Assembly (NCBI GenBank): GCA_902595845.1
Contig: CACJRN010000002.1
Coordinates: 78,294-142,293, forward strand
Direction: 5' to 3'
DNA from: an uncultured Gammaproteobacteria bacterium
Lineage (GTDB): Bacteria; Pseudomonadota; Gammaproteobacteria; Steroidobacterales; UBA11654
Length of the DNA: 64,000 bases
Shown piece by piece: positions 19,060 to 28,061 of the stretch; positions within the stretch are counted from its first letter, which is position 1, and each line of letters opens with the position of its first letter. Made by a program: the position numbers and the translations under genes. Below the pieces are notes generated by a model. That model saw only the letters and a program-made list of their open reading frames with translations. It ran no database searches and was not told the origin of the DNA.

Positions 19060-20073
19060 TCACTGCATAGTGACAATTGTTTTGCCGAAGTTTTCTCCCC
19101 TCATTAATTTACAAAACTGAGCGGGCGTATTCTTGATCCCAATAACTTCATCTTCTAGATATTGAATGGACCCATCTCTAAGCCATTGACTGGCTTTTGA
19201 GATGAATTCATCTTGCTTATCATAGTGATCATAAACAACGACTCCTCTTATCGTTGCCCTTGCACCAACGATTGGTCCCAGATTTGGTCCTGGTGGTGGA
19301 GTTGAGAGATTGTATTGGGTCATAAATCCACAGAGAACAATTCTTGCTTCATAAGCCAAATTTCTTGTCATGATATCCAGAGTTTCTCCTCCAACATTGT
19401 CAAAATAGATATCCACGCCTTTAGGGCATAATTCTTTAATTCTTTGATCAATATCTTCTGTTTTATAATTGATACAATCTTTGAAACCGAAGACCTCTTT
19501 AACTGCGCTGCATTTCTCTTCAGATCCAGCAATGCCTATGACATTCACCCCATGGATCTGTGCAATTTGACCAACCATGCATCCAACTGGACCACTTGCC
19601 GCTGAGACAACGAGTACATCACCCTTTTTTGGTTCCCCATATACCATTAGACCGGCATATGCAGTGAGTCCAGGCATACCCATTATTCCTAATGCTGTGC
19701 TGAGTTTTCCCTCATGATCATTTAACTTTCTTACACCATCACCATCTGATAGACCATACTCCTGCCATCCATTTGAAGTCAGAACAACTTCACCTTTTTT
19801 ATAATCAGGATGATTGGATTCGATTATTTCAGATACTGTTCGTCCAACAATGGTATCACCAACATTGACTTTTTCTGAGTAAATATGACGCCCTGTTATT
19901 ACACCTCTTATGTATGGATCCAAAGAAAGATGAATGGTTCTACTGAGAAATTGATTCTTCTGTGGAGTGCTTATTTCTTCCTCTATAAGCTCAAAGTCTC
20001 CTTCAGTCGGTATCCCCTCAGGAGACTTTTTTAGGACAATTTTTTTGTTAATGGTCAATTTAGAGTTGATCAA
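19060..20073 (-). CDS. NADP-dependent oxidoreductase, medium-chain dehydrogenase family (alkenal/one reductase-like)
   Basis: 337-aa ORF with the VSAASGPVG cofactor-binding motif and overall similarity to the YncB/CurA/PTGR type. Confidence 0.85.
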   Translation of the reverse strand: MINSKLTINKKIVLKKSPEGIPTEGDFELIEEEISTPQKNQFLSRTIHLSLDPYIRGVITGRHIYSEKVNVGDTIVGRTVSEIIESNHPDYKKGEVVLTSNGWQEYGLSDGDGVRKLNDHEGKLSTALGIMGMPGLTAYAGLMVYGEPKKGDVLVVSAASGPVGCMVGQIAQIHGVNVIGIAGSEEKCSAVKEVFGFKDCINYKTEDIDQRIKELCPKGVDIYFDNVGGETLDIMTRNLAYEARIVLCGFMTQYNLSTPPPGPNLGPIVGARATIRGVVVYDHYDKQDEFISKASQWLRDGSIQYLEDEVIGIKNTPAQFCKLMRGENFGKTIVTMQ

Positions 20074-20542
20074 TCATATGGTCACAACTGCTGACTCTAA
20101 ATTCGCCACCATCTTCAATGTTCACGATCTCTACCTCACCATCATTGATGACCAAGGAGAATCTTTGTCCTCTTGTTCCCATCCCAAATCCAGAGGCATC
20201 GAGTTCGAGACCAATGGCTGAAGTGAATTCTCCATTTCCGTCTGCCAACATCATTACTTTACCATCGGCATCTTGGCTTTTTCCCCAAGCATCCATTACA
20301 AATACATCATTGACAGCCATGCATGCAATTGTGTCAATCCCTTTGGCTGTTAGCTCACTTGCTTTCTGTATAAAGCCAGGCAAATGCTGTAAGGAGCAAG
20401 TTGGGGTGAATGCTCCAGGTACTGAAAATAGAGCAACTCTTTTTCCAGCAAATAAATCATCATAGCCAACAGGTGCAGGCCCATCCGCTGTCATGGTTGT
20501 AAAGTTTATATTTGGAACTTTATCTCCGACTTTAATGCTCAT
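20060..20542 (-). CDS. peroxiredoxin (Prx5-like)
   Basis: 160-aa ORF with the PGAFTPTCS peroxidatic cysteine motif. Confidence 0.9.
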   Translation of the reverse strand: MSIKVGDKVPNINFTTMTADGPAPVGYDDLFAGKRVALFSVPGAFTPTCSLQHLPGFIQKASELTAKGIDTIACMAVNDVFVMDAWGKSQDADGKVMMLADGNGEFTSAIGLELDASGFGMGTRGQRFSLVINDGEVEIVNIEDGGEFRVSSCDHMIDQL

Positions 20543-20592
20543 TAATTTTCTCCTCGAATATTTAGCAAAATGATATTTTATTACACAAAAAA

Positions 20593-21855
20593 TTAATCAA
20601 CCATAAATAATGCGATTTCAGGCACAAAAGATACAGTCATTAAACCAATCAGCATTATGATTAAAAATGGAATTGTGGCTTTGCATATGGTCCAAAATTT
20701 CTCTTTAAAGACACCCATTGCAACAATTAAATTTAAACCCAAGGGTGGTGTTAGGTATCCAATTTCTAAATTCATCACCATGATGATTCCAAAGTGTGTG
20801 GGATCAATGCCTTGTGATGCTGCAATGGGCATCAGCATGGGGGCAAGAATCAGAATTGCTGATCCAATGTCTATTAGACAACCAATAAGTATGAGGAAAA
20901 GATTAATAGTCAGTAGAGCAGTTACAGGGTTATCTATTTTGTCGCTCATCCATGCAACCAAATTTTGCGGTACTTCTTCATATGTGAGAAATACATTTAA
21001 GCTCAAAGCAATCATTAAAACTGGAAATAGTGACCCCAGCAATTTTGTTGTCTCCCCTATAACATCTCTCAAGTCATCCAAGTTCATTTCTTTATGAATC
21101 AATGATTCTACAATGAAGGCATAAACAACTGCGACAGCTGCTGATTCAGTTGCAGTAAAGTAACCAGTGTATATTCCTCCAAGAATAATGAGTGGCATCA
21201 ATAGAGCCCAGATGCCCTTACGGAGGGCTTTTACAATATAAGAAAAGTCCCATGAATCTTCTCGATGAGAAAAATTTTGAGCAACTGCATAAGTCAGCAT
21301 AAGTGATGTCAATAATATTGCGGGACCAATTCCTGCAATAAATAAATCCCCAATTGAAGTTTGCGTCATGATTCCATATAAAATCAATGGAATACTCGGC
21401 GGCACAACTATTCCTAAAGTACCGGCTGCACATAATGCACCTAATGCAAAGTGTTTTGGATAACCTGCTTTAATCAGTGCAGGATACATAAGTGTTCCTA
21501 TGGCAAGCAATGTGACTGTCCCAGACCCTGATACAGCTGCAAATGCTGCACAAGACATGATTGTTGCAATCGCCAATCCACCTGGAATAGGAGCTGTTAA
21601 TGAAGTCATTAAGTCAATGAGTCGTGATGCCATCCCTCCTCTCGACATAATATTTCCAGCAAGTATGAATAATGGTATGGAGAGCAATATGTCTTTGTTT
21701 GCTGCATCCCATGCATCGACAACAATATTACTAATGACACCGTCACCAAATGCCCAGTAAGCATATGCAGTGGCAATCCCCAAGATAACAATAAGATTTT
21801 GTCTCAGTAAAAAGAGGACAATAATTATGATTGGAAGAAATAAGGCTGAAAGCAT
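20593..21855 (-). CDS. dctM: TRAP transporter large permease subunit
   Basis: 420-aa polytopic ORF with typical DctM-family sequence, directly downstream of a DctQ-like gene. Confidence 0.9.
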   Translation of the reverse strand: MLSALFLPIIIIVLFLLRQNLIVILGIATAYAYWAFGDGVISNIVVDAWDAANKDILLSIPLFILAGNIMSRGGMASRLIDLMTSLTAPIPGGLAIATIMSCAAFAAVSGSGTVTLLAIGTLMYPALIKAGYPKHFALGALCAAGTLGIVVPPSIPLILYGIMTQTSIGDLFIAGIGPAILLTSLMLTYAVAQNFSHREDSWDFSYIVKALRKGIWALLMPLIILGGIYTGYFTATESAAVAVVYAFIVESLIHKEMNLDDLRDVIGETTKLLGSLFPVLMIALSLNVFLTYEEVPQNLVAWMSDKIDNPVTALLTINLFLILIGCLIDIGSAILILAPMLMPIAASQGIDPTHFGIIMVMNLEIGYLTPPLGLNLIVAMGVFKEKFWTICKATIPFLIIMLIGLMTVSFVPEIALFMVD

Positions 21856-21859
21856 CGTA

Positions 21860-22357
21860 TTATTCTCTCCCTAAGCGGGCACCCTCTTCTGGTCTGAGAT
21901 CCGGTTTAATTGTATAAATGAGATGCCTAATAGATGTCAGTAAGAATGCGGTTGGAATAATCATTTGGAAAGGCCAGACAGCTATCCTCAGGACCATTGA
22001 TTGAACATCATCCCTAAATGTTTCAGCAACAACTTGAAAAGCAATCACAGCAAATGCAAAACAAAAAATAAACATCAAACCTTCTTGGATTCGATAGAGT
22101 ATAGGATCAAATGATTTCGGTAACCAATTGTCTGCAAATTTAGGTCTCAAGTGAGCTGCTTCGGATGAAGCCACACCTAATCCAAACATCACCACAAATA
22201 AGTTTGCGTATACACCAACTTGTCTTGACCAATGTAATCCTGTTCCGGTAATTTCTCTGAAAGCAACATCACTAAACATCACGAAAACCAATACACCAAA
22301 AGCTAGGAATGTGACATTCCTTTCAAAAATATCTAAATATCTTAAAGTCTGTTTCAT
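21860..22357 (-). CDS. dctQ: TRAP transporter small permease subunit
   Basis: 165-aa ORF with 4 TM segments, ending 4 nt upstream of dctM. Confidence 0.8.
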   Translation of the reverse strand: MKQTLRYLDIFERNVTFLAFGVLVFVMFSDVAFREITGTGLHWSRQVGVYANLFVVMFGLGVASSEAAHLRPKFADNWLPKSFDPILYRIQEGLMFIFCFAFAVIAFQVVAETFRDDVQSMVLRIAVWPFQMIIPTAFLLTSIRHLIYTIKPDLRPEEGARLGRE

Positions 22358-22429
22358 GATTTTGTGTTTGAATAATGATAAATCATTGTAAACTATCCTG
22401 ATAATCCATTTTATTCAAAACCATTAATT

Positions 22430-23935
22430 ATGACCAATAAAGACAAACTTAAGATAAGCGAAGAAGCCAAGAATTTTTTAGAGTCTGAGCATCTGTTATT
22501 CATTGATGGTGAATGGAAGCAATCATCTTCTGGGGAAAAGATTCCAGTTTTTGATCCTGCGACTGAGGAAAAAATAGCTGAAGTTCAGTCTGGAACAACT
22601 AAAGATATTGATTTAGCAGTCAATGCAGCAAGAGAAGCATTATCTGGAGAATGGGCTAATATTCCTTCACATGATAGAGCTCAAATCTTACATCGATTAT
22701 CTGATGAGATTGAGGCTAACTTCTCAGTCCTTTCGGAACTTGAAGTACTGGACAATGGCATGCCTTTGGAGCTTGCTCAATACTCAATCGCAAGCCATGG
22801 CGTGACTCTTTTAAGATATTATGCGAGCTGGGCACCAAAAATTCATGGAAAAACAATTCCTGTCTCGCCAGGTGGTGCAATGAATGGTGAATCCTTGACT
22901 TATACAAAGAGGGAGCCTATTGGTGTTGTTGGCGCAATTATTCCGTGGAATTCGCCTTTGATTTTTGCAATTCTGAAACTGGCACCAGCTCTTGCTGCAG
23001 GATGCACTGTTGTGCTTAAGCCTGCAGAACTGACTCCTCTAACTGCATTATATTTTGGTCATTTAATAGAAAAATCTGGAATACCAAAAGGAGTCGTGAA
23101 TATTGTCACTGGCCTTGGTGAAACCGCTGGAGATGCGCTCGCTAAACATAATGATGTGGATAAGATTACCTTTACTGGATCAACTGAAGTTGGAAAAAAG
23201 ATCGTTTCTTCTTCTATCAATAACTTGAAGAAGGTTACCCTTGAATTAGGTGGTAAAAGCCCTGTTATTGTCTTTGATGATGCCGATCTTGAGAAAACGA
23301 TACCGGGCGTAGCAAGAGCGTGTTTTTTCCTTCAAGGACAAAATTGTATGGCTGGAACGAGAGTATTTGTTCATGAAGACATACATGATGAACTGGTTGC
23401 AGGAGTTAAGAGTATGGCTGAATCATTCCAAATTGGTCATGGCCTAATACAAACAAATGACTTTGGACCATTGATATCTGGAGATCAAAGAAAAAGAGTA
23501 ATGAAATATATAAAGCAAGGAATTTCTGAAGGTGCAACATTGGTCTGTGGTGGTAATGAAGTAAATGATAGGGGGTACTTCATAGAGCCAACAATTTTTA
23601 CTGATGTTACGGGAGAGATGTCAATTGCTAAAGAAGAGATTTTTGGCCCTGTTCTATGCATTGAAAAGTTTAGCAATGAATCTCTTGAGGAAATTGCAAA
23701 GAGAGCAAATAAAACAACATATGGTTTGTCAGGCAGCGTATGGACAAATGATATATCGACCGGTCATAAAATGGCTGCACTAATCGATTCCGGTCAAGTC
23801 AGTATCAATTGTCACGCAGCAGTTGATTCTGCAATCCCCTTTGGAGGCAACAAACAATCCGGTTGGGGAAGAGAATTTGGAGAAGAAGGATTGGATTCTT
23901 ATCTCAAAACAAAGGCCACTACAGTTATGTATTGA
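22430..23935 (+). CDS. NAD(P)-dependent aldehyde dehydrogenase
   Basis: 501-aa ORF. It has the catalytic Glu block VTLELGGKSP, the Cys block FFLQGQNCMAGTR, and the EEIFGPV motif. Confidence 0.92.
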   Translation: MTNKDKLKISEEAKNFLESEHLLFIDGEWKQSSSGEKIPVFDPATEEKIAEVQSGTTKDIDLAVNAAREALSGEWANIPSHDRAQILHRLSDEIEANFSVLSELEVLDNGMPLELAQYSIASHGVTLLRYYASWAPKIHGKTIPVSPGGAMNGESLTYTKREPIGVVGAIIPWNSPLIFAILKLAPALAAGCTVVLKPAELTPLTALYFGHLIEKSGIPKGVVNIVTGLGETAGDALAKHNDVDKITFTGSTEVGKKIVSSSINNLKKVTLELGGKSPVIVFDDADLEKTIPGVARACFFLQGQNCMAGTRVFVHEDIHDELVAGVKSMAESFQIGHGLIQTNDFGPLISGDQRKRVMKYIKQGISEGATLVCGGNEVNDRGYFIEPTIFTDVTGEMSIAKEEIFGPVLCIEKFSNESLEEIAKRANKTTYGLSGSVWTNDISTGHKMAALIDSGQVSINCHAAVDSAIPFGGNKQSGWGREFGEEGLDSYLKTKATTVMY

Positions 23936-23936
23936 T

Positions 23937-24647
23937 TTACCAGGGAACTTGGTTACCAAATCGATCTAAAAATTTACCACTATCATTCTCTTTAATTGAC
24001 TCAAACATGACTTGTTGCTCCGCAACACTCTCCGCAGGATCAACCTCAGCCTCTGCTCCTCCTAAGTAAGTTCTACACCATCCAGGTGCCAGAGCAATCA
24101 CAATGATATCTTGCCAGTCAACAGACATTCCTTTGGCGATGATGTTTAAAGCTGATTTGCTTGCTCGATATGAATAAAATCCTCCAAAGTTATTCTGCTC
24201 AACAGAACCCAGATCACTAGACATCATTACAAGAATCTTTTTTTCACTTTCAGAAACATGCTCTTTAAATGCAGTTGCTATTTTAAATGGGGACAACAGA
24301 TTCACCTCTAGAATATCTCTCCATATTTGGTAATCCATGCTATCTATTTTTTGATACTCCATTGCTCCAGGTACCCCCATAGGCCCTGTAGTTCCAGCAT
24401 TATTTAAAAGAATATCAATCGGCGTGCCTTTATATTTCTCAGCTAACTCTTCTATCCTCGGGTGATCAATAACTTCTAATTGCTCAATAGTAAAATGCTC
24501 TTCGTATTTCTTATTGAGGGCTTGTAAATCTTCTGCTTTCTCTGGGTTTCTTGCACAGGCAATGACATTCCATCCTTTCTCTGCATATTGCTTTACGTGT
24601 TCAAAACCCAATCCTCTGTTGGCTCCAGTGACTAAAACAGTTGGCAT
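23937..24647 (-). CDS. SDR-family oxidoreductase
   Basis: 236-aa ORF with TGANRGLG, NNAG and YRASKSA (Tyr-x3-Lys). Confidence 0.85.
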   Translation of the reverse strand: MPTVLVTGANRGLGFEHVKQYAEKGWNVIACARNPEKAEDLQALNKKYEEHFTIEQLEVIDHPRIEELAEKYKGTPIDILLNNAGTTGPMGVPGAMEYQKIDSMDYQIWRDILEVNLLSPFKIATAFKEHVSESEKKILVMMSSDLGSVEQNNFGGFYSYRASKSALNIIAKGMSVDWQDIIVIALAPGWCRTYLGGAEAEVDPAESVAEQQVMFESIKENDSGKFLDRFGNQVPW

Positions 24648-24723
24648 GATATTCTCCTTTGAGCAATTGCTATCATTATAATAATATCAATAATTAGAAA
24701 TCATAGTTAACAAAGGAAAAGCA

Positions 24724-25305
24724 ATGTCTCAACCAAATCATATTTCAGCATTGAGCATTACAGACAATATTGAAATAGGAAAGCTAAAGAAAGAAACTCA
24801 AGATTACTTTAAACAATGTGAGGAGAGCCTAGGCTTTGTGCCTAATGTTCTATTGGCTTATGCTCATGACGAGGTCAAACTCGATCATTTTATGGGTTTC
24901 TATAATAACTTGATGCTTGGTGATTCAGGCCTTTCTAAACTAGAACGAGAAATGATTGCTGTGGTTGTATCTTCCCATAATCGTTGCTATTACTGCATGG
25001 TTTCACATAGCGCAGCTGTAAGAAAGATATCTAAAGACCCAATTTTAGGTGAACTTTTGGTTATGAACTATAGGTCAGCTGACCTAAGTGATAGACATCT
25101 TGCAATGTTGGATTTTGCATGGAAACTCAGTGAAAACCCAGACAAGATAACTGATGCAGATCGAGAGGATCTAAGAAATGAAGGATTTGATGAACATGAT
25201 ATTTGGGATATATCTGCAGTTGCATCATTTTATAATATGAGCAATAGAATGGCATCAGCGATCGATTTAATGCCCAATACTGGATATCATCAGAAAGCGA
25301 GGTAA
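24724..25305 (+). CDS. AhpD-like / carboxymuconolactone decarboxylase family peroxidase-related protein
   Basis: 193-aa ORF with a CYYCMVSH (CxxC..H) motif characteristic of the AhpD-like fold. Confidence 0.8.
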   Translation: MSQPNHISALSITDNIEIGKLKKETQDYFKQCEESLGFVPNVLLAYAHDEVKLDHFMGFYNNLMLGDSGLSKLEREMIAVVVSSHNRCYYCMVSHSAAVRKISKDPILGELLVMNYRSADLSDRHLAMLDFAWKLSENPDKITDADREDLRNEGFDEHDIWDISAVASFYNMSNRMASAIDLMPNTGYHQKAR

Positions 25306-25310
25306 TTATT

Positions 25311-26138
25311 ATGGAATTTAATTTAGACGGAAACCTTTGGAATCAGCTTTCAGAGTTATTGAGTTCTTTTGGAATCAGCTTATTCATTGCTCTATCTATC
25401 CTAATCATAGGAAGACAGGTAGTTAAAATCCTAATCAAAGTCATTTCAACCGCTTTAGAACGATCAAATACAGAAGATACTGTGAGGATATTTGTTACAA
25501 ATCTTCTCAATACATTATTGATGATTGTGATTTTTATCGCAGCAATCAATCAGCTGGGAATACAAACAACTTCCATTATTGCTGTTTTAGGTGCTGCAGG
25601 TCTTGCTATTGGTCTTGCGTTACAAGGTTCACTCTCTAACTTTGCAGCAGGTATTTTGATAGTCATCTATAGACCATACAAGGTGGGAGACTATATTCAG
25701 GCGGACAATCATTTAGGCACAGTTGATGACATACAAATATTTTCAACTGTTCTAAAAACCCCTGATAATAAGCTGGTCATTGTTCCCAATGGCAGCATCA
25801 TGAATGGAAGTATTGTTAATTTCTCAAATCAAGATAAAAGGAGAGTTGATATTATAGCCAGTTGCAGCTACGAGGATGATATCGATAAAGTGAAATCAGT
25901 TTTGGCAGATATTTTATCTAAGGATGACCGTATCTTGAATGAACCCAAGCCAAGAATTGCTGTATCCGAACTAGCTGATAGCAGTGTCAATTTTATCGTT
26001 AGACCTTGGGTTAAGAATTCAGACTATATTGATGTATATTATTCTCTACTTGAAGAAATCAAGAAAAGGTTCGATCAAGAGGGAATCGCAATTCCATATC
26101 CACAAACTGACGTGCATATCCATAATCACACTGAGTGA
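25311..26138 (+). CDS. mscS: small-conductance mechanosensitive channel
   Basis: 275-aa ORF with 3 TM helices followed by the block GAAGLAIGLALQGSLSNFAAGILIV..RPYKVGD. Confidence 0.85.
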   Translation: MEFNLDGNLWNQLSELLSSFGISLFIALSILIIGRQVVKILIKVISTALERSNTEDTVRIFVTNLLNTLLMIVIFIAAINQLGIQTTSIIAVLGAAGLAIGLALQGSLSNFAAGILIVIYRPYKVGDYIQADNHLGTVDDIQIFSTVLKTPDNKLVIVPNGSIMNGSIVNFSNQDKRRVDIIASCSYEDDIDKVKSVLADILSKDDRILNEPKPRIAVSELADSSVNFIVRPWVKNSDYIDVYYSLLEEIKKRFDQEGIAIPYPQTDVHIHNHTE

Positions 26139-26170
26139 TTATGGAATAAGCATATTTATCTAGTGAGAAT

Positions 26171-28051
26171 CTAAGAGGCTGTCATCCATTTCTGGAATTT
26201 AGGATCAGCCGGTGCTTTCAGACCTGTTTCATCTTCACATCTTGCCTTGAGTTCTTTAATTGAAGAGAAGCCCTTATCAAATAGTTTAACTTTACCTCTT
26301 GCCTTAGATTTTTCAGCACGAAGTTTGACTGTTGCAGCTTTGTTTATACTCAGGTCTTTCCTAAGAACTACACCATAGTTTTCTTTAGCGCCTTCTCTAG
26401 TAACAAGACCAGCATCAACATCGAATTGAACTCTTTCAGGCTCTCTAGTGAAAGGATCTCCACATCCTCCTCCACCCCATGTTACATGGTAAAGTGTATC
26501 GCCTTCTTCAACAGCAATTCTGTCACACTTAGATTGAAGTAATTCAGTATCTCCATTCTTTCTGACAAGCGTTTTTGTGCTTCTGGCACCAGGTAGACCG
26601 CCATTTACACCCCAAGGATATGTTAGCCATCTGTCGTCATGAATTGATACTTCTCCGGGCTCTAAAAACTTATAAGTCGTACAAAGCGCATTACCACCTC
26701 TGTTGTACCCTGCTCCACCGCTATCTGGAACTGTATAATATTCTTCTATAACTAATGGAAAATAGCTTTCTAGAAACTCATTAGGGACATTGGTAAAGCT
26801 CGGCCATAGCGAATGCCCATCAGGTCCATCGCCCATTGGTTTCCCTGGAACTCCACCAAAACCAATCATGTAAAGTTGATACCACTCACCATTCTTGTCA
26901 TACCCTGAATACATTAGATGAGGACTATCTGAGAATCCTGCACCACATAAAAATTCAGGTGCACCTTGCCCTAGCAGTCCGCCTAGGACGTCGAAAATCC
27001 TTCCCAAGGCATGTGTTCTACATGATAGGGCTGCTGGATAATTGGGTTTGAGTAAAGTTCCCTCAGGTATCCTCACTTCCATCAAATCATAGAACCCATC
27101 ATTGAACATAATGGCTGGATCAAAAACCATGATCATATATACACCACAAAACATCTTGAACATTTCCTCATTTAAGAAAAAGTTTACAGAGCTTATTGAC
27201 TGCGGATCTGTTCCTTCAAAGTCGAAGATCACCTTTTTGCCTTCTCTCCACATGGCGCATTTAATTCTGTATGGACCCATTTCTAAGCCATCATCACAAA
27301 TATAATCCTCAAAATATTGTTTCTCTGTTGGAACAGTATTTTGGATTAAAGTTCCCATTGCTTTCTTATTTCTATCTAGAAGATCCTCAAGCGCCGAATA
27401 GAAGATATCATCTCCAAACCGAGTCGCCATCTCAATCACTCTTTTCTCTGCAGTTCTAATGGATGCGACAATTGCATTGAAGTCACTTTTGTTCCATACA
27501 GGAAGTCTACAGTTATGAAGAATAATATTGAGTATCTCTTCCTGTAATTCATCGTTTTTATAGATCTTTGTAGGTGGGACTCTTACCCCTTCTTCAAAAA
27601 TCTGAGTTGCATCAGTGGGTAAGCTTCCAGGAACTTTTCCACCGACGTCAGTCATGTGACCAAACATTGCTGCATAAGCTATCAATCTTCCGTCCTTAAA
27701 GATTGGCCTTAAGAGAAGCCAGTCGTTTGCATGACTTACTGCACCATTACAAGAATATGGGTCATTCGTTAAGAACATATCGCCTTCTTCAATTGTTCCA
27801 TCAAAGGCTTCTTTAAACCCATGAATAAAACTACCAAACTGACCAACGACCATCTTTCCATCTAGGTTAGCAATCATTGGAAACTCATCCCCTTGTTCAC
27901 GTATACCTGGAGACATAGCAGTCCTAAAAAGTACTGCATCCATTTCCCATCTAGCAGAAAACATTGAGTTCTCAATCACATCTAATGTAATTGGATCTAA
28001 TTTAACCCTTTTAAACTTTTTATTATTTTTTTGTATTATTTTTGCAGGCAT
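26171..28051 (-). CDS. hyuB: hydantoinase B / oxoprolinase family protein
   Basis: 626-aa ORF with HyuB-type sequence (DPITLDVIENS...AMSPGIRE...). It is paired with a HyuA gene 10 nt upstream. Confidence 0.88.
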   Translation of the reverse strand: MPAKIIQKNNKKFKRVKLDPITLDVIENSMFSARWEMDAVLFRTAMSPGIREQGDEFPMIANLDGKMVVGQFGSFIHGFKEAFDGTIEEGDMFLTNDPYSCNGAVSHANDWLLLRPIFKDGRLIAYAAMFGHMTDVGGKVPGSLPTDATQIFEEGVRVPPTKIYKNDELQEEILNIILHNCRLPVWNKSDFNAIVASIRTAEKRVIEMATRFGDDIFYSALEDLLDRNKKAMGTLIQNTVPTEKQYFEDYICDDGLEMGPYRIKCAMWREGKKVIFDFEGTDPQSISSVNFFLNEEMFKMFCGVYMIMVFDPAIMFNDGFYDLMEVRIPEGTLLKPNYPAALSCRTHALGRIFDVLGGLLGQGAPEFLCGAGFSDSPHLMYSGYDKNGEWYQLYMIGFGGVPGKPMGDGPDGHSLWPSFTNVPNEFLESYFPLVIEEYYTVPDSGGAGYNRGGNALCTTYKFLEPGEVSIHDDRWLTYPWGVNGGLPGARSTKTLVRKNGDTELLQSKCDRIAVEEGDTLYHVTWGGGGCGDPFTREPERVQFDVDAGLVTREGAKENYGVVLRKDLSINKAATVKLRAEKSKARGKVKLFDKGFSSIKELKARCEDETGLKAPADPKFQKWMTAS

Positions 28052-28061
28052 GATGTCTCCC

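Noticed and set aside
19058-19073. Hairpin GTCACT-GCAT-AGTGAC at the convergent junction of the CN-hydrolase and oxidoreductase genes, a possible bidirectional terminator.
   Set aside because: It has a short 6-bp stem and overlaps the oxidoreductase stop codon. It has only a weak, interrupted T-run on one side, which is insufficient for a terminator call.
22374-22387. AATGAT-AA-ATCATT palindrome with an ATAATGATAA Fur-box-like half site between dctQ and the aldehyde dehydrogenase gene.
   Set aside because: Only one half matches the Fur consensus well, and an extra base breaks the 19-bp register. Neither flanking gene is iron-related. Such AT-only palindromes are expected by chance in this composition.
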